Source of the DNA: Planctomycetaceae bacterium | GTDB taxonomy: Bacteria > Planctomycetota > Planctomycetia > Pirellulales > Pirellulaceae | Reading direction: 5' to 3' | DNA length: 64,000 nucleotides | Assembly (NCBI GenBank): GCA_947463915.1 | Contig: CANHVO010000004.1 | Coordinates: 2,022-66,021 of the forward strand | Shown here: one piece after another, positions 10,010-20,330 of the stretch | How the letters are laid out: each line of letters starts with the position of its first letter | Position numbering within the stretch: the stretch's first letter is position 1 | Notes under the pieces: model-generated | What the model was told of the DNA's origin: nothing | The model's input: only the letters and a program-made list of their open reading frames with translations | Database searches by the model: none | Made by a program: the position numbers and the translations under genes

Positions 10010-10337
10010 TCAATATCGGTCTGTAACGCTTGCCAAGAGTGACTCGATAATAATCCATCTGCCAATCGGTCTTTTCTGTCGCCAATTGCTTAGGAACCCA
10101 TGCCATCTTCTCGGCTTGACCTTTTGGTCAACCGGTTCCGTCGAGCAACCTCTTTTTGCTTGTTCTTTTGCTTCAGTAATGGCTCGATAACTCAGCAATT
10201 GCATGATATCGTGGCATTTCATCGGCAACTTCTCCACGTCGCTTTCCGTCTGATTGTTTTCCAATCTCTCTTTGCTTAGGATATGTCGCGGCAAACTATG
10301 CAATCCAAGATTTCGTTGAGCAAAACAGAGAGATGCA

Positions 10338-13300
10338 ATGAGTCACTTTTCGTTCCTTATTCGCAATGGTTTGGTAAGTCGCACTTCGTCAGAAAAGATC
10401 GAGTCAAAGAAGCGTTTTTCAGTACGTCAACACGTTCGCCAATGCGTGCTCTCCATTGAGCGACTAGAAGAAAGACGATTGCTAACTGCGACGCCATACT
10501 ATATCCCTCACAACACTACGTGGATGAAGGAAGGTGCGTTTCTAACTGGAGGAAATGGTGGAACGCCCTTTGAGATTGCGATGGAGTATATCGAGAGCCA
10601 GGCCTCGAACTACGACTTGACCGCAGAGACAATTCGCGACGCAAGGGTAACGGATCAGTACACCGATACCGACACTGGAATCACACATATCTATTTGCGT
10701 CAGCAGGTCGGCGGGCTAGACGTTGAGAATACTTCCCTCGGAATTCACTTGACTGGACTTGGCCAGGTGATAACCGTCTCTAGCAATTTCGTTCCAGACC
10801 TGGATAGCGATGCGTATACAGGGTTGCTTGCGGTGGACTCCCCTGTTTCCGCGATGGACGCAGCACTGTCGGCGATGGAGCAGTTAGATATACCGTTGGG
10901 AGTTGGGCCACTAAGCGCTTTTAAGAGTCGAGTTGATGCGTCGAGGGCAACCTCACTGAGCGTTCCTGGGCTGTCGCAGGATTCGGTTGAAGCCAGTCGA
11001 GTATGGGTACCCAATCCATCAGGCGGGCTGGATTTGGCATGGGAAATGATCGCGAGGACACAGGATGGAGAGCATTGGTATCACTTGGGGGTCGACGCCA
11101 CGACAGGCGAGATCCGTATGGCGTGGGATTGGATTGATCACGCTTCCTATCATGTTTTGCCGATACCGACGGAGTCTCCAGCAAACGGTCCTTTTCAGAC
11201 GGTAACAGACCCACATTTGGCCGCACCGTCTGCTTCTCCTTTCGGTTGGCATGATACGAACGGAATCGCAGGTCCAGAGTTTACAACGACAGTCGGCAAC
11301 AACGTCGTCGCACACTTGGATAGGAATGGCGACGATGTTGCAGATGCGGGAAGTCGTCCAGATGGTGGCTCGCAATTGAATTTCGATGCGACGTTTAACC
11401 CGGCGCAATCTCCGCTTTCGAATGCGAATGTGACCGTCAACAATTTGTTTTACTGGAACAATGTTTTACACGATGTCCACTATCTTTATGGATTCACTTC
11501 TGCCGCCGGAAATTTCCAGACCAATACTTACGGGCAAGGTGGATTGGGCAGTGATGCGGTCCAAGCGGACGGACAAGACAACGCAGACGGCGGATCGGCC
11601 AATAATGCAAATTTTGGTACGCCTCCCGATGGATTTGCTCCCCGAATGCAGATGTTTGAGTTCAGTTTCACATCGCCACGTCGAGACAGCGATATGGATT
11701 CCGGGATCATCACGCATGAGTACGGGCATGGAGTTTCGAATCGTTTAACTGGAGGTCCCGCAAATGCAAGTGCGCTGAGTTCGTTGCAAAGTGGCGGGAT
11801 GGGAGAAGGGTGGAGCGACTTTTGGAGCCTGATGTTTCGCCAGAGAAACGCACTGGACACGCTCGATGCTCGCGGAGTTGGAATGTATGTGCTGGGGCAA
11901 GCGGAAACGGGACCTGGGATCCGTAGCTATCGCTACGACTTCGACATTGGAAACCAAACCAACGAAACTTTCTTAAGTTACGGTGCGGGCGCAAGTCAGT
12001 CTACAGCGGTTCACTGGGCCGGCACGCGCTGGGCTTCCACGCTTTGGGATTTGAATCATCTGATGATTGCCAAATACGGCTACGAATCCAATCTTTACAA
12101 TGCGAGCAGCACAGCGGGCAATGTTCGTACCCTTAGGCTAGTGATGGATGCGTTAAAATTGCAGCCAGCAAATCCGACATTCATCGAGGCACGCAATGCT
12201 ATCTTGGCTGCGGATACGGCGCTGAATGGGAGCGAGAATCATCGTGAAATTTGGCTGGCGTTTGCCCGTCGTGGATTGGGCGAAGGAGCTTCCACCGCGA
12301 ACTCAAGCTCCAACGCGCTCACAACCTCTTTTGACATTCCAACGCAATTCCAAAGTTTGGTGGTCTCGACAACAGCTCCGCTGTTAGGTTCCACCGTTAC
12401 TGACGCGCCCACAGTGTTTACTGTTAACTTATCCGCAGCGTATGATGAATTCAGCGTAGGGCCGTCGGACTTTGTGGTGAATTCAACTCCAGCGACGGGT
12501 TACAATTTGGTTGATGCAGATACGATTGACTTTACCTTTGCGACAACTCCGCTAGCGACCCAAGGTCTGCATACGATGAGCATGGCGGCAGGAAGTGTCC
12601 AGCGAGCGAGCGATTCATCACCGCTGCTGGCGTTTTCAGGAAGTTTTCGCTGGGACTCCATTCCGCTTCAGGTAGCGGCGGTAAGCCCGACGAGCACGAG
12701 CATTCTTCCGGTGGGGCAACCCCTGGTTCTCAATGTCGACTTCAATGAACCGATAGCTTCAGGGTCGGTTTCGGCGGATGATTTGCTATTGAGTTTCGGT
12801 GGTGTGATTAGCGCCGTAGCGTTAGACGCGGACACAGCTCGATACACCATCGGCAATTTGAATTCCGAAGCAACACTGAGTGTGACACTAGGAACGAACA
12901 AAGTTACCGATGTCTTCGGGAATCCGAACGGCGCGAGTTTCTCGGCAAACTATTTCGTGGATCGAAACGTCGGGCCTTTTGCACAGCCACTAGTCGCAAA
13001 CGCTCCCTTGGGCGGATTGATTTACGAGACATCGGACGTGGGTGCCATGAGTTTTGCGGGAGATGTCGACGGCTTCACCATTTCACTTGATCCGTCTCAA
13101 ACTCTCTCCGTCCTCGTAACGCCGGTGTCTTCAACATTACGGCCTCAGGTTGATCTCCTCGATCCGGCCGGAACATCGATCGGTCTTGCTGCATCTCCAA
13201 GCAATGGTGTTGCGGTTCTCTTGCCACCGACTCGAATCACGGCGTCAGGTACTTATCGAATCAATGTGACTGGTGTCGGTGCCACATTAGGTGATTACGC

Positions 13301-15524
13301 CATACGTTTGGTTCTGAACGCTGCATTAGAATCCGAAAACGCAGCCGGAAATGAAAATCAAACTCCGGCAACTGCTGAAGACCTAACCGCAACTTCCATA
13401 ACCCTCAGTACTCCGATTTCTCAGTCAAGACGTATGGGGGTGCTAGGGACGACGGATTCAGCCATTGCTGTTGCGGTCACGCCCAGCTTCACCGATATCA
13501 GTTCAACGGGAACGCGAAGCACTTCCGCGATCGGCGATGACGCCGTAGATACCCTTACTTCGGCTCAGTTGTTTGGCTTTACGTTTCCATTTTTTGGAAC
13601 GACCTACGACAGTCTTGCATTCAGCACAAATGGATTGATTACGTTCGGGGGAAGCGACAACGAATATACCAACTCCGATTTGAACGGCAGCCCTGCTTTG
13701 CCCGGGATTGCCGTGCTGTGGGATGATCTCAACATCGATAACACGGGATCGGGATCAGCAGCGCGAGCCATCTTTTGGAGAGTTACAGGCACCGGTGCAA
13801 ACCAGCGTCTGATTATCCAATGGAACAACGTTGTTCAGCTTTTTGGTTCAACTTATTTCACAATGCAAGCGATCTTGTCATCTGATGGAACCATTGATCT
13901 CAATTACGGCGGTACCGTCGATGGAAGCGTGGTTACCAGCGCGACTGTCGGAATCAAGGCGGCCGGGGCGGCGAATCCAACTCGACGTCTTGTGCATTTC
14001 AATCAAGCGGCAGGGCCACTTGTTGGACCCAACTTAAGCACTCGATTCAATGTCCAGGCGACTCCCGACGTCTACAAGCTCAATTTGGCCGCTGGCGAAA
14101 GTTTGACTTTGGCGATCGGTAATGTCGCTTCAGGAAACGTCGACGCGCAATTGATTGGTACCGACGGGACCACCGTGATAGCCAGTGGAGCTACTGGACC
14201 AACCAATTTGCATAAGGCGTTCCAGAATGTCGTCGTTGCAGCGGCTGGTACTTACTTTGTTCGCGTAAGCGGTAGCAATTTAACTCCCTATTCGATGGCC
14301 TTGGAGGTCAATGCATCATTTGATGCCGAGAGCAATAGTAGCTTTGCTGCCGCTCAATCCATCGTAAACGGGGCGGGGGTCGTTGGGGCTTTGGACTCGG
14401 CGAGCGACTCGGATTGGTATTCGATTGACGTGACGCAACCCAACAGCCGCCTTCGAATTCAATCCGCCACGCCATCCGATGGTGCGGGAGAATTTTTGAA
14501 CAGTCTAGATCCCTTTCTTGAACTCTATTCCCCAAGCAACACTCTGCTCGCCTCTGGAGTGGCACTGTCGGACGGCCGCAATGAGTCGATATCGTTCCCT
14601 CTACCATCGGTGGGAACGTACCGAATTCGTGTCGGAGCAAGCGGCGGAACCAAAGGAGAGTACTATCTTTCCGCGTCCGCTGCGTTAGTGCAAGCGTCGA
14701 TTGTTACACGGGGACTTTTTTATAGCGGTGCTACAGGGCAAAGTGCATCGACAACCCTTTCTGACAAAGTCGCTTTGCTGCCTGGACAATCGTCGACATT
14801 CGCGAACTACTCCAATTACTCGCGAGGCCTAAATGGGTTGGTAGTGGATGTTTCTGGATTGCCACCGACGACAACCAATGCAGACTTCCTCGCGAGCTTG
14901 CAATTTGCCACATGGGACGGAATCAGTCTAAATGGGTTTGTCGCAAGTTCGGTGACACCTACGGTAACCATTTTGACAAGTGGTGGCGTCGGCGGTTCCT
15001 CGAGAGCAAATATCACTTTCCCTGACAACTCGATTCAGAATACCTGGTTGCGAATCGTCGTACTTGCGAACGCGCAAACGGGCCTGCCCGCGAATGATGT
15101 GTTCTATTTTGGCAATGTGATTGGAGATCTTGGCGTAGGTAATACGGCGTCCCGTATTCGCGTCAATGCAACAGACACCGGAGCCGTACGAGTCAACCAG
15201 TCGACGCTACCCAATAGTGCATCCGTGGAAAATATCTATGACATCAATCGTGATGGACGGGTCAATGCCACCGACACAGGAATCGTTCGAACCAGCCAGC
15301 AAACGTTAGGAATTGTTTCTCCAATCACGGCGCCATCGGCATTGGGACGACCAGGAAGTGGCGGAGAGGGAGAAGCTGGATTCGGTTTCCTTCAAATGCC
15401 AAATGATCGCAAAACAGCGTTGAGTAAAAAGCGGCCGGACAACTTCGGACGGTTGGACCGTTACTTTGCGAGTTTTGAATCGGAATTTGACTTGGTCTCC
15501 GATGGCGTCAAGAATAGCGAGTGA
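10338..15524 (+). CDS. Large secreted M36 (fungalysin-family) metallopeptidase with Ig-like, PPC-like and dockerin-like domains
   Basis: Leader LSIERLEERRLLT; FTP/PepSY-like propeptide; ITHEYGHGVSNRLTGG (HExxH) and GMGEGWSDF third ligand; YDINRDGRVNATD dockerin/EF-hand-like loop. Confidence 0.9.
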   Translation: MSHFSFLIRNGLVSRTSSEKIESKKRFSVRQHVRQCVLSIERLEERRLLTATPYYIPHNTTWMKEGAFLTGGNGGTPFEIAMEYIESQASNYDLTAETIRDARVTDQYTDTDTGITHIYLRQQVGGLDVENTSLGIHLTGLGQVITVSSNFVPDLDSDAYTGLLAVDSPVSAMDAALSAMEQLDIPLGVGPLSAFKSRVDASRATSLSVPGLSQDSVEASRVWVPNPSGGLDLAWEMIARTQDGEHWYHLGVDATTGEIRMAWDWIDHASYHVLPIPTESPANGPFQTVTDPHLAAPSASPFGWHDTNGIAGPEFTTTVGNNVVAHLDRNGDDVADAGSRPDGGSQLNFDATFNPAQSPLSNANVTVNNLFYWNNVLHDVHYLYGFTSAAGNFQTNTYGQGGLGSDAVQADGQDNADGGSANNANFGTPPDGFAPRMQMFEFSFTSPRRDSDMDSGIITHEYGHGVSNRLTGGPANASALSSLQSGGMGEGWSDFWSLMFRQRNALDTLDARGVGMYVLGQAETGPGIRSYRYDFDIGNQTNETFLSYGAGASQSTAVHWAGTRWASTLWDLNHLMIAKYGYESNLYNASSTAGNVRTLRLVMDALKLQPANPTFIEARNAILAADTALNGSENHREIWLAFARRGLGEGASTANSSSNALTTSFDIPTQFQSLVVSTTAPLLGSTVTDAPTVFTVNLSAAYDEFSVGPSDFVVNSTPATGYNLVDADTIDFTFATTPLATQGLHTMSMAAGSVQRASDSSPLLAFSGSFRWDSIPLQVAAVSPTSTSILPVGQPLVLNVDFNEPIASGSVSADDLLLSFGGVISAVALDADTARYTIGNLNSEATLSVTLGTNKVTDVFGNPNGASFSANYFVDRNVGPFAQPLVANAPLGGLIYETSDVGAMSFAGDVDGFTISLDPSQTLSVLVTPVSSTLRPQVDLLDPAGTSIGLAASPSNGVAVLLPPTRITASGTYRINVTGVGATLGDYAIRLVLNAALESENAAGNENQTPATAEDLTATSITLSTPISQSRRMGVLGTTDSAIAVAVTPSFTDISSTGTRSTSAIGDDAVDTLTSAQLFGFTFPFFGTTYDSLAFSTNGLITFGGSDNEYTNSDLNGSPALPGIAVLWDDLNIDNTGSGSAARAIFWRVTGTGANQRLIIQWNNVVQLFGSTYFTMQAILSSDGTIDLNYGGTVDGSVVTSATVGIKAAGAANPTRRLVHFNQAAGPLVGPNLSTRFNVQATPDVYKLNLAAGESLTLAIGNVASGNVDAQLIGTDGTTVIASGATGPTNLHKAFQNVVVAAAGTYFVRVSGSNLTPYSMALEVNASFDAESNSSFAAAQSIVNGAGVVGALDSASDSDWYSIDVTQPNSRLRIQSATPSDGAGEFLNSLDPFLELYSPSNTLLASGVALSDGRNESISFPLPSVGTYRIRVGASGGTKGEYYLSASAALVQASIVTRGLFYSGATGQSASTTLSDKVALLPGQSSTFANYSNYSRGLNGLVVDVSGLPPTTTNADFLASLQFATWDGISLNGFVASSVTPTVTILTSGGVGGSSRANITFPDNSIQNTWLRIVVLANAQTGLPANDVFYFGNVIGDLGVGNTASRIRVNATDTGAVRVNQSTLPNSASVENIYDINRDGRVNATDTGIVRTSQQTLGIVSPITAPSALGRPGSGGEGEAGFGFLQMPNDRKTALSKKRPDNFGRLDRYFASFESEFDLVSDGVKNSE

Positions 15525-16039
15525 ATGGCCAGCATCACGGCCCCGACGACCAAGACGGAATCAGCTATGTTGAAGTTCGGCCAAATGTGCTGCTGATACT
15601 TCAACAAGATCCAATCGCGAACGCCACCGCGAAGTTCATCGGGTAAGTTAGGAATGCCCAATCGATCATAGAGGTTTCCGATGATGCCGCCCGTTACCAA
15701 ACCCATGGCGGTGGAGAGCCACTTGGACTGGGCTGCTTGGAACACAAAAAGCCATACGCAAATCCCAGCTAGAGCAATGATGGACAGTATAGCGAAAAGC
15801 CAGCCTTGCCCCTGTCCCATACCGAACAAGGCTCCCTGATTAACTGCTGTTTCAATTCCGACATAGGGCTCGATCAACCACCACGGTGGCAACTGGCCAG
15901 GCAGTCCTCGCCAAGCGAAAATCCATTCCTTGGAAAGCAAATCCGCAACCCCTCCGCCCACCATCAGCGATCCAAAAATGAAGTAGTGGCTCTTCGGTAT
16001 TGAGCGGGTTATTTTGTCTGTAGTGTTGAGCTCGTCCAT
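15461..16039 (-). CDS. lspA: Lipoprotein signal peptidase II
   Basis: NQGALFG, GNLYDR, VRDWI and PNFNIADS motifs with both catalytic Asp residues. Confidence 0.93.
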   Translation of the reverse strand: MDELNTTDKITRSIPKSHYFIFGSLMVGGGVADLLSKEWIFAWRGLPGQLPPWWLIEPYVGIETAVNQGALFGMGQGQGWLFAILSIIALAGICVWLFVFQAAQSKWLSTAMGLVTGGIIGNLYDRLGIPNLPDELRGGVRDWILLKYQQHIWPNFNIADSVLVVGAVMLAIHSLFLTPSETKSNSDSKLAK

Positions 16040-16238
16040 GAAATTCGAGAAAAATGAGAGGTGGTAGCTTCGAAGCTGGGATAAGGGGTAAACTATACAG
16101 ATTCCGTAAGCTGGGAAGAATATCCGTTTGGCAACCTTAACGGATATTCCGAAAAGGAGGCGTTTAGTATGCGCAAAATGCCGATTCTAGCTTTGTTGAT
16201 GAATCCTTCCACACATTCCTACTACTTCACGATCCACC

Positions 16239-17669
16239 ATGGCAATCGCACTTTCGCCCGCTAATGCCGCTGTAAAATCCGATTTGTCCTATCAAAAGTG
16301 CATCAATGTCGATTGCGGGGCAACCTTTGGGACCGATGAAGTACTAACTAGCTGCACCAAGTGTGGTGATTTGCTGGACATCGCATACAATTGGGACCGA
16401 ATCAACGTGCCCAATCGGATGAACGATTTTGAACAAATGTGGACCCGACGCTACGAACCGCTGCGGTTCAGCGGCGTGTGGCGATTCCATGAATTGCTTC
16501 AATTCGCGCCCGCAGATCGAGTTATCACCGTGGGCGAAGGACAAACACTGCTCCAACAGGCGAATTCCGTCGCCAAATATGTCGGAATTCGTCCCGGCCA
16601 GTTGTATCTGCAATACGAAGGCATGAACCCATCAGGTTCCTTTAAAGATAATGGAATGAGCGCTGCTTTCACACATGCCCACATGGTCGGCGCCAAACGC
16701 GCTGCTTGCGCATCGACTGGAAACACAAGCGCTTCGCTAGCCATGTACTGCTCGGTCACTCAGCTTATGAAAGCCGTGATCTTTATTGGTTCTGGAAAAA
16801 TTTCTTACGGCAAACTTTCACAGGCTCTTGAGTACGGTGCGCTCACCGTCCAGATTTCGGGCGACTTTGACGACGCCATGGCGCGGGTCAAAGAAGTCTC
16901 CAAAGAACTTGGAATCTATTTGGTCAATAGTATCAACCCATTTCGTCTCGAAGGCCAAAAGACCATCATGTATCGAGTGCTGGAATCGCTTCGATGGGAG
17001 GTTCCAGATTGGATTGTGGTTCCCGGTGGAAATTTGGGCAATAGCAGCGCATTTGGCAAAGCATTTATGGAGCTCAAAGAACTGGGACTCATTGATCGCA
17101 TTCCGCGATTGGCTGTTATCAATGCCGCGGGCGCAGATACGCTTGATGTCGTTTACAACCATCGTAATCTCCGCTGGAGCCGAGGACGCCCTCGCATGGA
17201 GATCGCTTGTTGGTACTACGACGAAATGGACAAAGCCAAACTCAAGGCGGACACAATCGCCAGCGCTATTGAAATCAATCGTCCGGTCAACCTCAAGAAA
17301 TGCCTTCGGGCTCTCGAAGTCTGCGACGGCGTGGTTCGCAAAGTAACAGACCAAGAGATTCTCGATGCCAAAGCGCAAGTCGGAGCGGGCGGCATCGGTT
17401 GCGAACCTGCCAGTGCCGCAAGCGTCGCGGGGGCCAAGCTGCTACGCCAGCAAGGTGTCATCGGTATGGACGATCGCGTTGTGTGTATCTTGACCGGCCA
17501 TCAACTCAAAGATCCAACTGCAACCGTTGCGTACCATACTACCGATCAAGAAAAGTTTAATGAAGTGTTAGGCAGCCGAGGCGTTTCCAGAGCTTCGTTC
17601 GCCAACAGAGCAATCGCGGTTCCAAACGACATGGACGCGATTGTCAAAGCAATTCAGCTGTATTCCTGA
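16239..17669 (+). CDS. thrC: Threonine synthase
   Basis: N-terminal Cys cluster (CINVDC...CTKC); [13 protein letters not shown]-lysine motif; [10 protein letters not shown]; VPGGNLGN; [11 protein letters not shown]. Confidence 0.95.
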   Translation: MAIALSPANAAVKSDLSYQKCINVDCGATFGTDEVLTSCTKCGDLLDIAYNWDRINVPNRMNDFEQMWTRRYEPLRFSGVWRFHELLQFAPADRVITVGEGQTLLQQANSVAKYVGIRPGQLYLQYEGMNPSGSFKDNGMSAAFTHAHMVGAKRAACASTGNTSASLAMYCSVTQLMKAVIFIGSGKISYGKLSQALEYGALTVQISGDFDDAMARVKEVSKELGIYLVNSINPFRLEGQKTIMYRVLESLRWEVPDWIVVPGGNLGNSSAFGKAFMELKELGLIDRIPRLAVINAAGADTLDVVYNHRNLRWSRGRPRMEIACWYYDEMDKAKLKADTIASAIEINRPVNLKKCLRALEVCDGVVRKVTDQEILDAKAQVGAGGIGCEPASAASVAGAKLLRQQGVIGMDDRVVCILTGHQLKDPTATVAYHTTDQEKFNEVLGSRGVSRASFANRAIAVPNDMDAIVKAIQLYS

Positions 17670-17683
17670 TCGAGTGTCGCACA

Positions 17684-17866
17684 ATTGTCCTCAATTGTTG
17701 CTTCGCTGAAAAAACGAAGCCCCGATTGATTCACAATCATTTCGCGTCTCAAAGGTCTTATCAAAGCGGGCCTAAAGTGCCCGCGAAGCGATTGAGGACA
17801 ATCGCTTTACAATGGTCACTCTCGGCAAGAGTGACCCACGGTGGGTCGCATCTGCCGGATGCGACC
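17684..17866. repeat. Composite palindromic region: 12-bp inverted repeat (17684-17802) plus family E hairpins (17814-17866)
   Basis: attgtcctcaat/attgaggacaat; ggtcactctcggcaagagtgacc, also found at 27278-27300. Confidence 0.7.
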
Positions 17867-17871
17867 ATGAA

Positions 17872-18828
17872 TTATGCCCGTTGAATCATCTGCGCAACCA
17901 ATCTGTCGCGGAGCACCACGCCCACCAACTGACCGGTTGAATTCACGATCCGCCCAAGTTTGGTATCCTGGGATACCATCTTGTTCAGGACCGCGATTTG
18001 CCCAGCTGTGTCCTCAAAAGTAGAAGCCGCTCGGAGTTTGGGGCGTTCGGTGTTATAAAGCAAGTCGGTCGCTTCGTAGTAGCCCACCAGCCTTTTGTCA
18101 CGAGAATGCAAAACCGGCAAGATTTGCTGGTTTGATTTGAGCATGATTTGCTTGGCTTCCTCAATAGGCAAGTCGATTTGCACGGTTCGAAGACCTCGCA
18201 GCGGCATGCAGTATCGCGAAATTGGATCGCTGCCATACGCAAACATGTTTTGGACCAGATCCCTCTGAACCGGCTCAAGCAGTCCAGCTTGTTCACCTTC
18301 CGCAAGCACTTGACGCAATTCGCGTCTCGCCAATGCAGGTCTAACTTTGAGCGGTTCTTCGCCTAGGATGCGTTGTAACCATTGGCTGATGAAATACAAC
18401 GCCCACGTGAGCGGCAATGCCAACACGGTCAACGCAAACAGAGGCCAGCCTGCAATCCGAAGCAGGCGGTTGGGCATTTGATGGAAGAGACTTTTGGGCA
18501 ACAGTTCGCTGAATATGAACAAAACGGGCGTAGTTAACAGACTAACAACAATATTGATTCGAGCATCGTCGTAGCCAAAGAACTCGATAACAAACCATGC
18601 AACACCGACCGGCACCGCATAATTAGCAACCGTATTGCCAACGAGCAATGTCGAAACGAATAGCCCTGGATGATTTGTCAACCACAGTAAGCCTCGGGCA
18701 ACTCGCGAGCCGTCTACTGCGTCGAGTACCAATCGAACTCGTGGGACGCGATAAAGCCCCGTTTCAACTCCACTACAGAATGCACTCAACAATGCAGCGG
18801 AAACAAACAATAGGATCGCAAAAATCAT
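17872..18828 (-). CDS. CNNM/DUF21 plus CBS-domain protein (CorB/TlyC-like), short form
   Basis: SAFCSGVETGLY, LLVGNTVAN, FSELLPKS; degenerate CBS pair; no C-terminal CorC domain. Confidence 0.85.
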   Translation of the reverse strand: MIFAILLFVSAALLSAFCSGVETGLYRVPRVRLVLDAVDGSRVARGLLWLTNHPGLFVSTLLVGNTVANYAVPVGVAWFVIEFFGYDDARINIVVSLLTTPVLFIFSELLPKSLFHQMPNRLLRIAGWPLFALTVLALPLTWALYFISQWLQRILGEEPLKVRPALARRELRQVLAEGEQAGLLEPVQRDLVQNMFAYGSDPISRYCMPLRGLRTVQIDLPIEEAKQIMLKSNQQILPVLHSRDKRLVGYYEATDLLYNTERPKLRAASTFEDTAGQIAVLNKMVSQDTKLGRIVNSTGQLVGVVLRDRLVAQMIQRA

Positions 18829-20150
18829 TCGATTCCTCCTGACTCGTCTTCTGCGATGTCAATTTCTGAACTGGTAATCTGAACGAACATTTCACCGCGA
18901 CGCGGGATTTCGGTTACCTGCAAAGTAAACGTTCCCCAAGCAACGTGATCACCTACCTGTGCAAGTCGCCTCAATTGACTTTGCAAGACCCCAGCAATGG
19001 TTGCGTCGCGAGTCTCGGGCAATTTGATGCCGAGAGAGCGTTCCAATTGCTTGATTCGAGTTGCTCCCGTAACTTCCCATTTCGCTTCGCCGGTTTTGGC
19101 AAACAACGGTCGCCCCATCGCGTTGATTGCCGCAGAAGGGCTCGCGAAGATAGCCTCAATGATGTCCTCGAAAAACAAGACACCAATGGTATCGCCTCGC
19201 TCATTGACAACCACCGCAACCTTCAGCTCCAGCTTCATCAGTTGCTGTAGAACACTGGCCAAATTCGCGCACCACGGAATAAAATAGGCTGGCTGAAAAG
19301 TAGGAGGGGTTCGCTTTTCGATAGCAAGTCGGAGCTGTTCGATCGTGGTCGTCGCAGTCACTTCGTTGTCGGCTGGAGACAGGATCAATGCAATCCTCCG
19401 TTTGCTTTCTTCGACCCAATCTGTCCCTTGATCTACGATCCATTCCTCAAGCTCTTCGGTCGTGGCTGGCAAAGAGATAGAAGCGAATTGGCTCTTGGGA
19501 TGCATCCATTCTTGAGCTTGAATATTGGAGAGCTGTAACGTATTCTGCAAAATTCCCTTTTCCAGGTCGATCATCTTGGAATCGGTTTCACTGAGCTCAA
19601 TCGCCCGTTCAAGATCCGACGTTTCAAGTACGGATTCTGGGACCAATCCAGGCCAAATCAAGCGTCGGCAAATGTCATTGATGGCATGCATGCCCTTTCC
19701 TAATGGCAGTACGGCACGCATGATGCCAAGCATGGGTACTGCAATAAACCTGCTGATTTTGAGAGGAGCGAGTACCCCGACACTTTTCGGCAAAAGCTCG
19801 CCGAAGAGAATGACGCTAGTCACCGTCGCAAACGCGAATAAAAACGCTCCCGCCTCGGAACCCGTAAGTGAGTTCGATAAGACATTGGCACAAGCGAAAA
19901 ACGTAATGTTGATTGCCAGATTGCACAGAAGAATGCATGTCAGTAAATGCGAAGGGTTGCTCAGCAGGTGTTCAATGGCTCGATCGGAACGCCGTGCCGA
20001 ATCCAATTTGAGTCGCTGGGCCGAGGTCAATGAGAACAATGCTGCCTCACTTGCCGAAAACAATGCTGAGAGGAAGAGCATGCCTACCAACGCAGCCGGG
20101 ACGAGCAACCAGGCCAGTGAGCTAAATCCACTAGACTCTGGTAGGGGCAA
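18825..20150 (-). CDS. CNNM/DUF21 plus CBS plus CorC_HlyC protein
   Basis: FSASEAALFSL, ILLCNLAIN, FGELLPKS, VVNERGDTIG and a C-terminal CorC-like domain. TTG start with GGAG SD; ATGA overlap with the next gene. Confidence 0.87.
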   Translation of the reverse strand: MPLPESSGFSSLAWLLVPAALVGMLFLSALFSASEAALFSLTSAQRLKLDSARRSDRAIEHLLSNPSHLLTCILLCNLAINITFFACANVLSNSLTGSEAGAFLFAFATVTSVILFGELLPKSVGVLAPLKISRFIAVPMLGIMRAVLPLGKGMHAINDICRRLIWPGLVPESVLETSDLERAIELSETDSKMIDLEKGILQNTLQLSNIQAQEWMHPKSQFASISLPATTEELEEWIVDQGTDWVEESKRRIALILSPADNEVTATTTIEQLRLAIEKRTPPTFQPAYFIPWCANLASVLQQLMKLELKVAVVVNERGDTIGVLFFEDIIEAIFASPSAAINAMGRPLFAKTGEAKWEVTGATRIKQLERSLGIKLPETRDATIAGVLQSQLRRLAQVGDHVAWGTFTLQVTEIPRRGEMFVQITSSEIDIAEDESGGIE

Positions 20151-20225
20151 CTCGAAACTCCTGCATTTGATTAAAGGTAATTGATAGGTTTTTGTGGCGG
20201 GCGTTAGTCGAATGCAGTCGCTTTG

Positions 20226-20300
20226 TTAGCAGAACGGCGCAAGCCGTCCTGGCGATCTAATCAATGCCGCGAAACCGGAGGGCTCGCGCCCTGCCGCTAC
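20226..20300. repeat. Family C REPIN with GNRA-loop hairpins
   Basis: tagcagaacggcgcaagccgtcc ... gagggctcgcgccctgccgctac; a half copy lies at 2811-2838. Confidence 0.75.
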
Positions 20301-20330
20301 AAAAAAACAAAAGGCCTCATTCCAAAGAAC

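Noticed and set aside
10010-10303. 97-aa minus-strand ORF
   Set aside because: No recognisable motif or SD; it lies in the M36 promoter region and abuts a decayed REP. It cannot be supported as a gene, though it is not excluded.
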